The notes beneath the pieces were generated by a model, which was not told the DNA's origin, searched no databases, and saw only the letters and a program-made list of their open reading frames with translations. Shown piece after piece: positions 1 through 7,819 of a stretch of 64,000 nucleotides of DNA. The stretch's first letter is position 1. Each line of letters begins with the position of its first letter. This DNA comes from Cytophagales bacterium (GTDB lineage: Bacteria; Bacteroidota; Bacteroidia; Cytophagales; Cyclobacteriaceae): contig JBBRBQ010000002.1 of assembly GCA_038205685.1 (NCBI GenBank), positions 108,548 to 172,547 of the forward strand, read 5' to 3'. Both the position numbers and the translations under genes were made by a program.

Positions 1-28
1 ATGGAAGTCGGTTAATGCTTAAGAATTC

Positions 29-805
29 TTAAATCTTCTCTTTCAACTCTTCTATTTTTGCTTTGGCTTCTTTCTTGCCGGCTTTTAGGGCTTTCTCATA
101 AAGATCAAGTGCTTCTTGAAACGTTTGTTTGCGTTTATGAGGTGCCAATTTGGTTCGCTTAGCCGCTTCTTCAATGGCGGCAGCTTGAGCAAAGTAACTG
201 TCGGCTTCTGAGATATTGAGTGTGCGCACCAACTCTTTTATTCGTAGCTCCAACGATTTCAATTCGTTCTTTTTGGATTCTAGCTTTTCCTCTATTTCAG
301 TTAAATGTTCATTGTCTAAATCTTCCTCTGTTCGTGAAGATGGTTTTTCTAGAGTACCCGCTTCTTCTTGCCGAAACTTGAGTTCTTCCTTTAGCGCATC
401 AATCATCATCATATACGATTCTTTGTTCACGTCAGTATCAACAACGGATGATTCCAGCTCCTTGATTTTCTCTTCAGTTCTTTTAATGTAGTCTTTCAAA
501 TCGATCATCCGATCGCTATAATCAGTTTTGTCGCCACCTGAAACTGAATGAATAGAATTGCGCGCCATATCAATTGAATCCAATAATACATTTACTGTCT
601 TTAGCATAGCAATCACTTGGTTACTTGCCTTTAGTTGGTTGCGTAATGAATCGTTTTCTAACTTTAGCTTGGAGGATGAGTTATCGCATGAAAATAAAGA
701 TGTTGTGATCAAAACGAGTAGCAAAAAGAGAAAGCCATAGGAAGCAAAAGGTGATTTATTACTTCTATTTGCTCTGATTGTTAAGAAATAAGGAATAGTT
801 GGCAT
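29..805 (-). CDS. Coiled-coil putative lipoprotein, function unknown
   Basis: 258-aa ORF; hydrophobic stretch ending in lipobox-like LFS-C; long E/K-rich heptad region; helical TPR-like C-terminus. Confidence 0.7.
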   Translation of the reverse strand: MPTIPYFLTIRANRSNKSPFASYGFLFLLLVLITTSLFSCDNSSSKLKLENDSLRNQLKASNQVIAMLKTVNVLLDSIDMARNSIHSVSGGDKTDYSDRMIDLKDYIKRTEEKIKELESSVVDTDVNKESYMMMIDALKEELKFRQEEAGTLEKPSSRTEEDLDNEHLTEIEEKLESKKNELKSLELRIKELVRTLNISEADSYFAQAAAIEEAAKRTKLAPHKRKQTFQEALDLYEKALKAGKKEAKAKIEELKEKI

Positions 806-982
806 CGTAGTATAATTTTATGTTTGAAAGTAGTGTGAATATTTTAATTCCTTACTCAATATCGTTCAAGTGAATTAAGTTGCGCTAAAACGAATATTGG
901 TTAGATGAACTTTAATATTGTCAAATTTGAAATGATTTACTGACACTATGAAATTTACCACTTTACCATATCATTATAATTT

Positions 983-1744
983 ATGAGACCGTACATTCTT
1001 GCCGAAAGCAATTGGAAAACAATTAAAGATTCATCTTTTGAACTAGCCGTGCTGCCCTGGGGCGCAACGGAAGCCCATAATTACCACTTGCCCTACGCTA
1101 CCGATATTATTGAAGCTGATCTGATTGCGGGAGAAAGCGCGAAGCTTGCTTGGGAGCAAGGCGCGAAAGTAATTGTGTTGCCGTCTATTCCTTTTGGTGT
1201 TAATACAGGCCAATTTGATGTATTGTTGGATATCAACATGAACCCAAGCACCCAGTTCATGATTTTAAAAGATGTGATTGAAGTGCTCGATCGTCAAGGC
1301 ATTCACAAGCTTGTGATATTGAACAGCCATGGTGGCAATGATTTTAAAACCATGATTCGAGAATTGGGATTAAAATTTCCGAAGATGTTTCTCAGCTCAT
1401 GCAACTGGTTTCAATCTATCGATCAAAAATTGTTTTTTGAAAACAAAGATGACCATGCTGGCGAGATGGAAACGAGCTTGCTTTTATATCTTCGACCCGA
1501 TTTGGTTTTACCACTTTCGGAAGCAGGAGATGGTGCATCCAAAAAATTTAAATTCAAAGCCATGCAAGAAGGATGGGCTTGGGCAGAGCGTAAATGGATG
1601 CAAGTAACAAAAGACACAGGTGTTGGCGATCCGCGCCAAGCAACTGCAGAAAAAGGCGAGCGATATTTTAAGGCGGTAACCAAAAAGCTGGCCGAGTTCT
1701 TACTTCACCTTTCAAAGACAGATAACAATGATGTATATCAATAA
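983..1744 (+). CDS. Creatininase/creatinine amidohydrolase family protein
   Basis: Motifs GATEAH..LP..TD, NSHGGN, DHAGEMETS. Confidence 0.9.
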   Translation: MRPYILAESNWKTIKDSSFELAVLPWGATEAHNYHLPYATDIIEADLIAGESAKLAWEQGAKVIVLPSIPFGVNTGQFDVLLDINMNPSTQFMILKDVIEVLDRQGIHKLVILNSHGGNDFKTMIRELGLKFPKMFLSSCNWFQSIDQKLFFENKDDHAGEMETSLLLYLRPDLVLPLSEAGDGASKKFKFKAMQEGWAWAERKWMQVTKDTGVGDPRQATAEKGERYFKAVTKKLAEFLLHLSKTDNNDVYQ

Positions 1745-1837
1745 GGTGATACAACATGTCGCTTTAACGACCACCGAAAGGCAACTCGAAAAACTATTTT
1801 TGTGTTGTAACTTCATCTAAACAAACTTACAATTGCT

Positions 1838-2284
1838 ATGAAAAAAATTAAGTTGCTCACGGTTGTGTTGCTAATAGCTTCATCTTCTGCATTAATGGCT
1901 CAAAGTAGCGAAGTGTTTACCACGAAGGAGGGAGCCATTGATGGCTATGACCCCGTTGCATTTTTCAAACAGCAGAAACCAGTGAAAGGCAAAAAAGAAA
2001 TTGCCTACTCTTGGAATGGAGCCACTTGGCATTTCGCCTCCCAAGAAAACGCAAAAGAGTTTAAAGATCAACCCGAAAAATATTCGCCACAATATGGTGG
2101 CTATTGCGCATATGGCACAGCCGATGGGCATAAAGCACCTACAAAGTCTGACACTTGGACGGTGCTAGGCAGCAAACTTTACTTTAATTACAATGGGGAT
2201 GTGAAAAAAGAATGGCTAAAGAATCAAAAGGAATTGATTGAGAAGGCCGATAAAAATTGGCCTGAAGTAAGTAAGCAGAAATAG
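1838..2284 (+). CDS. Secreted YHS-domain protein
   Basis: Signal peptide (LMA-Q); AIDGYDPVAFF, WHFASQEN, PQYGGYCAYG motifs. Confidence 0.85.
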   Translation: MKKIKLLTVVLLIASSSALMAQSSEVFTTKEGAIDGYDPVAFFKQQKPVKGKKEIAYSWNGATWHFASQENAKEFKDQPEKYSPQYGGYCAYGTADGHKAPTKSDTWTVLGSKLYFNYNGDVKKEWLKNQKELIEKADKNWPEVSKQK

Positions 2285-2300
2285 GTTTCTATATACTTTT

Positions 2301-2333
2301 AAAAAAGAGCCAAGTAGTTTACTTGGCTCTTTT
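2301..2333. terminator. Bidirectional intrinsic terminator
   Basis: Perfect 14-bp stem aaaagagccaagta/tacttggctctttt with 3-nt loop, between convergent genes, with A and T tracts at the ends. Confidence 0.85.
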
Positions 2334-2335
2334 AT

Positions 2336-2899
2336 TTATCCTTCACTAAATCCGCTTACGCCTCCCGAAATAATAAACTTCATCGCGGCTGGGCCAGATA
2401 CATTCAATGGTTTTACGCTATCGCGGGGTACTAAAAAATGATCGCCCGCTACTGCATAACTCTGCGGAAAATAAACTACTACCATATCATTTAAACCCAA
2501 TTCACTTAAATCGGATTGCGTGATAAAGCCAACACGATGTAACTCATTCTCTTTATTAATGCACACAATCACAGGCTTATTAAATTTCTTTTTCTCGCCT
2601 ACAAAAGCGGCCAATAAATCTTTAACAGAAGAATAAATAATCTTCACCAACGGTATTTTGTTTACAATATGATCGAACCAATTGGCAAAAGTTTTGAAAG
2701 CGAAATTGGAAGTGAGGTAACCAAATACTGTAATAGCACTAAGAATAATAGCAAAGCCAATGCCCGGGTAGGGCAATTGTAACAAACCATCTAACCAACG
2801 AAAGCTCATTACAATAAAGTAAACCGTAGCCACTAATGGAACAATGAATAACGTGCCACTAAAAAAGTATCGAATTATTTTTCTAAAAAAGTTTTGCAC
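2336..2899 (-). CDS. DUF502 family membrane protein
   Basis: Two N-terminal TM segments; KIPLVKIIYSSVKDL and F.KPV motifs; ends MKFIISGG. Confidence 0.85.
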   Translation of the reverse strand: MQNFFRKIIRYFFSGTLFIVPLVATVYFIVMSFRWLDGLLQLPYPGIGFAIILSAITVFGYLTSNFAFKTFANWFDHIVNKIPLVKIIYSSVKDLLAAFVGEKKKFNKPVIVCINKENELHRVGFITQSDLSELGLNDMVVVYFPQSYAVAGDHFLVPRDSVKPLNVSGPAAMKFIISGGVSGFSEG

Positions 2900-2980
2900 A
2901 AAGGGTAAGTTTAAAAATTCATTGTCATTATAAGTTTAAAAATATAAGATCGCAGAAGAGATAGACACTCTTTTAATAAC

Positions 2981-3670
2981 TCACCTGTAGGTGCCAATCA
3001 GCTTCGTAAAAGCCAGTCGAAGCAGTTCATCTACTTGTTCTTCAATAGTTACGTGTGTGGTATCCAGTTCAATAGCTTCATCGGCCTTCACCAGTGGGCT
3101 CTCCGCACGGGTGCTATCAATTTCATCGCGCTTTTTTAAGTTGGCAACAATAGCATCCAACTCAATCATCTCATCCTTCTCCAAAAGTTCTTGTTGTCTT
3201 CGCCAAGCACGCACCAAAATATCAGCTGTTAAAAATAATTTTAATTCGGCATCAGGAAAAACTACCGTGCCAATATCTCGGCCATCCATCACAATGCCCC
3301 TATCTCTGCCCAGCTTGCGCTGTTGCTCCACCATTGCCACACGCACTTCTTTTATAGCACTCACTTGGCTCACATTTTCAGAGATTCGCATCTTGCGGAT
3401 TTTCTTCTCCACATTCAACCCATTCAAAAAAGTTTCTGATACACCCTTCGGGCTAACGTGAAATTCTATCTTGATTTCGCCCAATGCTTTAGACACTTCC
3501 CTCGGGTTGGTTAACGCCACGTGATGTTCCAAAAAATAATATGTTACCGCTCTGTACATAGCACCCGAATCGATATAGCGATAGCCCAGCGACTTCGCAG
3601 CTTCTTTGGCGGTAGTGCTTTTGCCGCAGGCCGAAAATCCATCAATGGCGATAATGATCTTACGCATCAT
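2981..3670 (-). CDS. cmk: Cytidylate kinase
   Basis: IAIDGFSACGKST P-loop, DSGAMYRA, VMDGRDIGTVVFPDA; start moved to the ATG at 3670. Confidence 0.97.
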   Translation of the reverse strand: MMRKIIIAIDGFSACGKSTTAKEAAKSLGYRYIDSGAMYRAVTYYFLEHHVALTNPREVSKALGEIKIEFHVSPKGVSETFLNGLNVEKKIRKMRISENVSQVSAIKEVRVAMVEQQRKLGRDRGIVMDGRDIGTVVFPDAELKLFLTADILVRAWRRQQELLEKDEMIELDAIVANLKKRDEIDSTRAESPLVKADEAIELDTTHVTIEEQVDELLRLAFTKLIGTYR

Positions 3671-3807
3671 TAGCAATCTTTATGAGGACAAGGAATAGGT
3701 TGACCAGGTTTTAATTTTGTAGTGTTGCGATACGGTTTTTTTTTGTGTGACGCACACCCAACAGAAAGTATCGCGATGAAAATAAATAGTAAAAGCTTTT
3801 TAGTCAC
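3670..3807 (-). CDS. Small 45-aa lipoprotein (not in ORF track)
   Basis: GTG start; MTKKLLLFIFIAILSVG-CASHKKKPYRNTTKLKPGQPIPCPHKDC; basic n-region, h-region and lipobox; its TAA overlaps the cmk ATG (TAATG). Confidence 0.8.
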   Translation of the reverse strand: MTKKLLLFIFIAILSVGCASHKKKPYRNTTKLKPGQPIPCPHKDC

Positions 3808-3851
3808 GAGTTATAAGTTTATAGTACGCATTGTCAATTCATCTCTTATAA

Positions 3852-3987
3852 TTGATAATTAATTGGCGGCATCCCTCGTTCCTCGGGTCGGGCTATTCGT
3901 TGCAAGTCCGTCCCCGCACACATCCGGCACACTTCGGGCTTTCCACTGCTATCCCTTGCCGAAGCACTTCGCCAAGTAATTTATCAA
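3852..3987. repeat. GC-rich REP/MITE-like repeat, copy 1
   Basis: Arms cgggctattcgttgcaagtccg and cttcgggctttccactgctatccct are shared with 26703-26806; imperfect flanking inverted repeat ttgataattaattggcg / cgccaagtaatttatcaa. Confidence 0.75.
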
Positions 3988-3991
3988 CATC

Positions 3992-3999
3992 CAAAGTTA
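3992..3999 (-). promoter_or_regulatory. Bacteroidota -7 promoter element for the lipoprotein-cmk-DUF502 run
   Basis: Reverse complement taactttg matches TAnnTTTG. Confidence 0.55.
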
Positions 4000-4011
4000 C
4001 TATTTTAGCCT

Positions 4012-4019
4012 TAACTTTG
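4012..4019 (+). promoter_or_regulatory. Bacteroidota -7 promoter element
   Basis: taactttg, about 40 nt upstream of the ORF at 4062. Confidence 0.6.
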
Positions 4020-4061
4020 AATTAATTCAAAATTCAACTTTAAACTAAACGCTTAAAATAT

Positions 4062-4325
4062 ATGGAACCAACTGAAGAAGGCACAGCCGAAAAATTCTTT
4101 AAAGACTTTGGTAAAAAAGTAGATTCTTTTTTGGTAGAAGCCAAAGAAGCTGGCACGCGAGTAGAAGCCGACTTGAAAAAGAAATATGAAGAGCTAAAAG
4201 TCTCTGCTGAAAAACTCAAGAACGAAGCCGAAAACAAAGAACGCTGGAAAGAAGTAGAAGCCAGTTTGAAAAAGGCGGGAGAAGAATTGGAGAAGGCAGT
4301 GAAGACTGCATTTAAGAAACAATGA
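4062..4325 (+). CDS. Small charged helical hypothetical protein
   Basis: 87-aa E/K/A-rich amphipathic sequence with a promoter motif upstream. Confidence 0.75.
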   Translation: MEPTEEGTAEKFFKDFGKKVDSFLVEAKEAGTRVEADLKKKYEELKVSAEKLKNEAENKERWKEVEASLKKAGEELEKAVKTAFKKQ

Positions 4326-4347
4326 TTGCTTATCAGACAGTGTTCAA

Positions 4348-5250
4348 TTAGTCTGATTCTTTCAATTGCCTTGTTAATTTCATTCTAATCAAAGGGTAAC
4401 TCAATACAGCACCCAGTATAACCAACGTGCCAATATAGAAATTTAGGTTCATCACTTCTTGTTGTCCAAAAATCAAGAGTGCTAAAATAATTCCATAAAC
4501 CGGTTCAAGGTTTAGCGTAAGTTGAATAAAGAAAACGGATATGCGCCTTGATAAATCAATACTCACCGTGTAGGCGTACACTGAGCAAGCAAAGGCCATG
4601 AGTGAAATATAAAACCAATCGGATAAAGAAGGAGCTTGTTGAAAAGGTGTTTCTCCGCCAAAGGTTGTGAACAAAGGAAAAAACAAAAGCACACCAAGGC
4701 TTGCACCCAACATTTCATAAAAGGTAATAGTGTATTCATGCACTCGGCTCACCAATTTTGAATTGATAACACTGAATAGAGCAGCTGTAAATCCTGAAAG
4801 TATAGCAAGCAACAAACCAAGTTTATATTGAAAGTTGAAACTGAAAATAATTACAAGCCCACTAATTACAACAAGGCCTAACCCTACCTCAACAACGCTA
4901 ATTTTTTTCCGCTTGGCAATTGGTTCAATCAGTGCTGCCCAAAGGGAACAGGTGGCAAAACCAACAAGGCTAGTAGATGGGTTTGAAATGCGGCCTGCAC
5001 CAAAGAAGCTAAGCCAATGAAGGGCAACAATAAATCCTGTAATGAGCACTTTGCCCAAATCGAGTGTGGAGATTTTTAATGAGGTTTTTGAAAAAATTAT
5101 TAACACCCCAATACCTAAGAATGCCAGTACACATCGGTAGAAAACCATTTCAACTGATGAGATTAAAACTAGTTTGCCCAACACGGCTGTGAAGCCCCAC
5201 AAAAAAACAATGAAGTGGAGCTTTAAATAATCACGATTGCTCGGCATCAA
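4348..5250 (-). CDS. DMT/EamA family transporter
   Basis: About 10 TM helices in two repeats; LHFIVFLWGFTAVLGK and NLEPVYGI motifs. Confidence 0.9.
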   Translation of the reverse strand: MMPSNRDYLKLHFIVFLWGFTAVLGKLVLISSVEMVFYRCVLAFLGIGVLIIFSKTSLKISTLDLGKVLITGFIVALHWLSFFGAGRISNPSTSLVGFATCSLWAALIEPIAKRKKISVVEVGLGLVVISGLVIIFSFNFQYKLGLLLAILSGFTAALFSVINSKLVSRVHEYTITFYEMLGASLGVLLFFPLFTTFGGETPFQQAPSLSDWFYISLMAFACSVYAYTVSIDLSRRISVFFIQLTLNLEPVYGIILALLIFGQQEVMNLNFYIGTLVILGAVLSYPLIRMKLTRQLKESD

Positions 5251-6347
5251 CGCGGCACATATTTATACATGAATGCAGCAATGGCAGTAAAGACAATATT
5301 GGGTATCCAGGCCGCCAATACAGGAGAAAGTGAACCTGTTTCAGCAAACGTACGCGACATCATAAAGAATAAAATAAAAACGAAACTTAACATAAAGCCC
5401 AACGCAATTTGAAAGCCCGTGCCGCCTCTACTTTTGCGCGATGACACTATTACTCCCATAAACACTAACACAAATATTGTGAAGGGTGCAGAGTATCGTA
5501 TTTGTTTCTCTACTTCATATTGCTCCACACCTGTTGAGCCACGAAATTTTAATTTCGCAATGTGTTGATCTAATTCAGGAATGGTCATGCCATCGTATTG
5601 GCGATTGTCGTTTTCAAAATCCTTCGGTGAAAGCGCCAGCGTGGTATCCATCGTTTCACCTTCGCGCGCCAAATGTATTTTCTCCGCCTTACTTGTTACA
5701 CGAAAAATACTGTCTATCTTTTTTATCTTCCAATATTTTAAAATCCACTTGTGTTTTGCTGAGTCCCACGCAATGTTATCAGCAGTAAGCTTTTCAATAA
5801 GCTTGTTATCATTAAACCGCTCCAAAGTAAATTGATAGCCTGTGTTAGATTGGTTGTTATAATTCTGTAGATACAAGTACACATTGGGTTCTATTTGCAT
5901 GTGCACATTTCGCTTGTCGAAATAATAAACATTGTCGAAGTACTTGGCTTGAAATGCCAAGCGAGAAAGGTTTGATTGTGGTATCACCCAGCCATTCAGA
6001 AAAAAACTTAGCACGCCAATTACAGCCGAGGCCAGAAAGTACGGAAACAGAAATCTGCGAAAGCTTACACCACTGCTCAGTATGGCAATTATCTCAGTGC
6101 GCCCTGCCATTTGCGAAGTAACAAACACAACGGAAATGAACACGGTAATGGGAGTTAACAACCCCGCGATCCATGGAACAAAGTCTTGATAGTAGCCCAT
6201 GATGGTAAGTGTATCTAAATTATTTTTAGAAAACTTATCTACCTTTTCGGTGATGTCGATGGCCACAATAACAGCCGACAGCATTACTACCACAAAGAAA
6301 AAAGTGGAAAGTATTTTTTTGATAATGTATTTGTCGATGATCTTCAT
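5247..6347 (-). CDS. LptF/LptG family LPS export permease
   Basis: MKIIDKYI start, EIIAILSSGVS, WIPN motifs; start trimmed from 6407 because the extension is repeat-derived. Confidence 0.9.
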   Translation of the reverse strand: MKIIDKYIIKKILSTFFFVVVMLSAVIVAIDITEKVDKFSKNNLDTLTIMGYYQDFVPWIAGLLTPITVFISVVFVTSQMAGRTEIIAILSSGVSFRRFLFPYFLASAVIGVLSFFLNGWVIPQSNLSRLAFQAKYFDNVYYFDKRNVHMQIEPNVYLYLQNYNNQSNTGYQFTLERFNDNKLIEKLTADNIAWDSAKHKWILKYWKIKKIDSIFRVTSKAEKIHLAREGETMDTTLALSPKDFENDNRQYDGMTIPELDQHIAKLKFRGSTGVEQYEVEKQIRYSAPFTIFVLVFMGVIVSSRKSRGGTGFQIALGFMLSFVFILFFMMSRTFAETGSLSPVLAAWIPNIVFTAIAAFMYKYVPR

Positions 6348-6350
6348 TGG

Positions 6351-6432
6351 AGTAGTTAGTTGTTGGTTGGTAGTTGTTGGTTGGTAGTTGTTGGTAGTCA
6401 CTAGCAACTAGCAACTAAAATCTAACAACTAG
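6351..6432. repeat. Short-period (7/14-nt) intergenic repeat hairpin
   Basis: (tagttgttggttgg)x2 plus a partial unit, followed by complementary ctagcaa/ctaacaa modules. Confidence 0.7.
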
Positions 6433-6436
6433 TTTT

Positions 6437-7567
6437 TTAAAGCCGTTGCATTACCATTTTCACCATTTTATTTTTCCATTCCACGAAAGTGCCCTCTATT
6501 ATTTTCTCTCGCGCTTGCCTTACCAACCATAAATAGAAAGTAAGATTGTGAATAGAAGCAATTTGCGCGCCTAAAATTTCTTTGTTGATAATTAAGTGGC
6601 GAAGATACGCCTTCGAATGAAACCCACTTGCATAGCCACCGAGCATTTCGTCTATGGCTGAAAGGTCATCTTTCCATTTTTCGTTGCGTATATTAATGAT
6701 GCCTTGTGTGGTAAACAACATGCCATTGCGTGCATTGCGCGTGGGCATTACACAATCAAACATATCAATACCTAATGCAATGCACTCCAAAATATTTTCA
6801 GGTGTGCCAACACCCATAAGGTAGCGTGGCTTATCGGCAGGAAGAATGTTGCAGACTAGGTCCGTCATCTCATACATAAGCTCATGCGGTTCGCCAACAG
6901 AAAGGCCACCAATGGCATTGCCTTCCTGCTCTTGCGAGGCGATAAACTCTGCCGACTGTTGACGCAGATCTTTGAACGTGCTTCCTTGCACAATCGGAAA
7001 AAGCGTTTGATTATAATTGTATTTAGGCTGAGTCTCATTAACACGAGCCACACAGCGCTTGAGCCAATCATGAGTAAGGTGCATTGACTTTCTAGCATAC
7101 TCATATTCGCAAGGATAGGGTGTACACTCATCAAAGGCCATGATAATATCCGCACCAATAGATCGCTCAATATCCATTACCAATTCGGGGCTAAAAAAAT
7201 GCTTCGAGCCATCTATGTGCGATTTGAATGTAACGCCCTCATGGGTAATCTTTCTGTTCGCGGCAAGCGAGTACACTTGGTAGCCGCCACTATCGGTAAG
7301 CAGTGGGCGGCTCCAACCATTGAACTTATGTAGGCCACCCGCTTTTTCAAGTAGCTCTATGCCTGGCCTAAGATAAAGATGGTAAGTATTGCCCAATATT
7401 ATTTTGGCATCAATATCGGTTTCAAGTTCGCGCTGATGCACCGCCTTAACCGAGCCAGCGGTGCCCACAGGCATAAATATTGGCGTGGGTATTTCGCCAT
7501 GATCGGTGGTGAGTATACCAGCTCGTGCTTTAGAATGCGGATCTTTGGCCGTAAGGTTAAACTTCAT
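6437..7567 (-). CDS. tgt: tRNA-guanine transglycosylase
   Basis: TPIFMPVGT, LTDSGGYQ, PRYLMGVG, DMFDCVMPTRNARNG. Confidence 0.98.
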   Translation of the reverse strand: MKFNLTAKDPHSKARAGILTTDHGEIPTPIFMPVGTAGSVKAVHQRELETDIDAKIILGNTYHLYLRPGIELLEKAGGLHKFNGWSRPLLTDSGGYQVYSLAANRKITHEGVTFKSHIDGSKHFFSPELVMDIERSIGADIIMAFDECTPYPCEYEYARKSMHLTHDWLKRCVARVNETQPKYNYNQTLFPIVQGSTFKDLRQQSAEFIASQEQEGNAIGGLSVGEPHELMYEMTDLVCNILPADKPRYLMGVGTPENILECIALGIDMFDCVMPTRNARNGMLFTTQGIINIRNEKWKDDLSAIDEMLGGYASGFHSKAYLRHLIINKEILGAQIASIHNLTFYLWLVRQAREKIIEGTFVEWKNKMVKMVMQRL

Positions 7568-7574
7568 TTGGGGG

Positions 7575-7582
7575 CAAAGATA
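7575..7582 (-). promoter_or_regulatory. -7 promoter element for tgt
   Basis: Reverse complement tatctttg matches TAnnTTTG just upstream of the ATG. Confidence 0.55.
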
Positions 7583-7792
7583 AATGGTAGTTGGGATTTT
7601 ATGAGAATACTCCCGAACTTAATAAAAGTCGCAAAAAATTCTATGCTGATAAAAAACACTCGATGGTTTTTTCAAATAACCTTATACATAACTCGCCTCC
7701 ATTTCATTCTTCGCCATTTAATTTGATTTCGCCTTTAGCTAGTTAACTAGTGTGTCACCATTTTGAGTAATGGCACGACTGAATATATTTCC

Positions 7793-7800
7793 TATTTTTG
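7793..7800 (+). promoter_or_regulatory. -7 promoter element for the MFS gene
   Basis: tatttttg, 19 nt before the ATG. Confidence 0.5.
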
Positions 7801-7819
7801 AAAAATCATCATTCAATAA

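Noticed and set aside
1838-2284. Selenoprotein form of the YHS protein
   Set aside because: The position is an ordinary Cys (GGYCAYG) and there is no in-frame TGA
2991-3461. Antisense ORFs in the track (e.g. 2991-3461, 7894-8289, 11727-12107, 33658-34023, 37432-37818)
   Set aside because: Shadows of well-supported genes on the other strand, with S/I/F-rich composition and no motifs
6348-6407. 20-aa N-terminal extension of the LptF/G ORF (MLVTTNNYQPTTTNQQLTTP)
   Set aside because: It is a translation of the 7-nt repeat spacer; the family-typical start MKIIDKY is at 6347
6351-6432. CRISPR array
   Set aside because: Units are 7-14 nt with no unique spacers, and there are no cas genes
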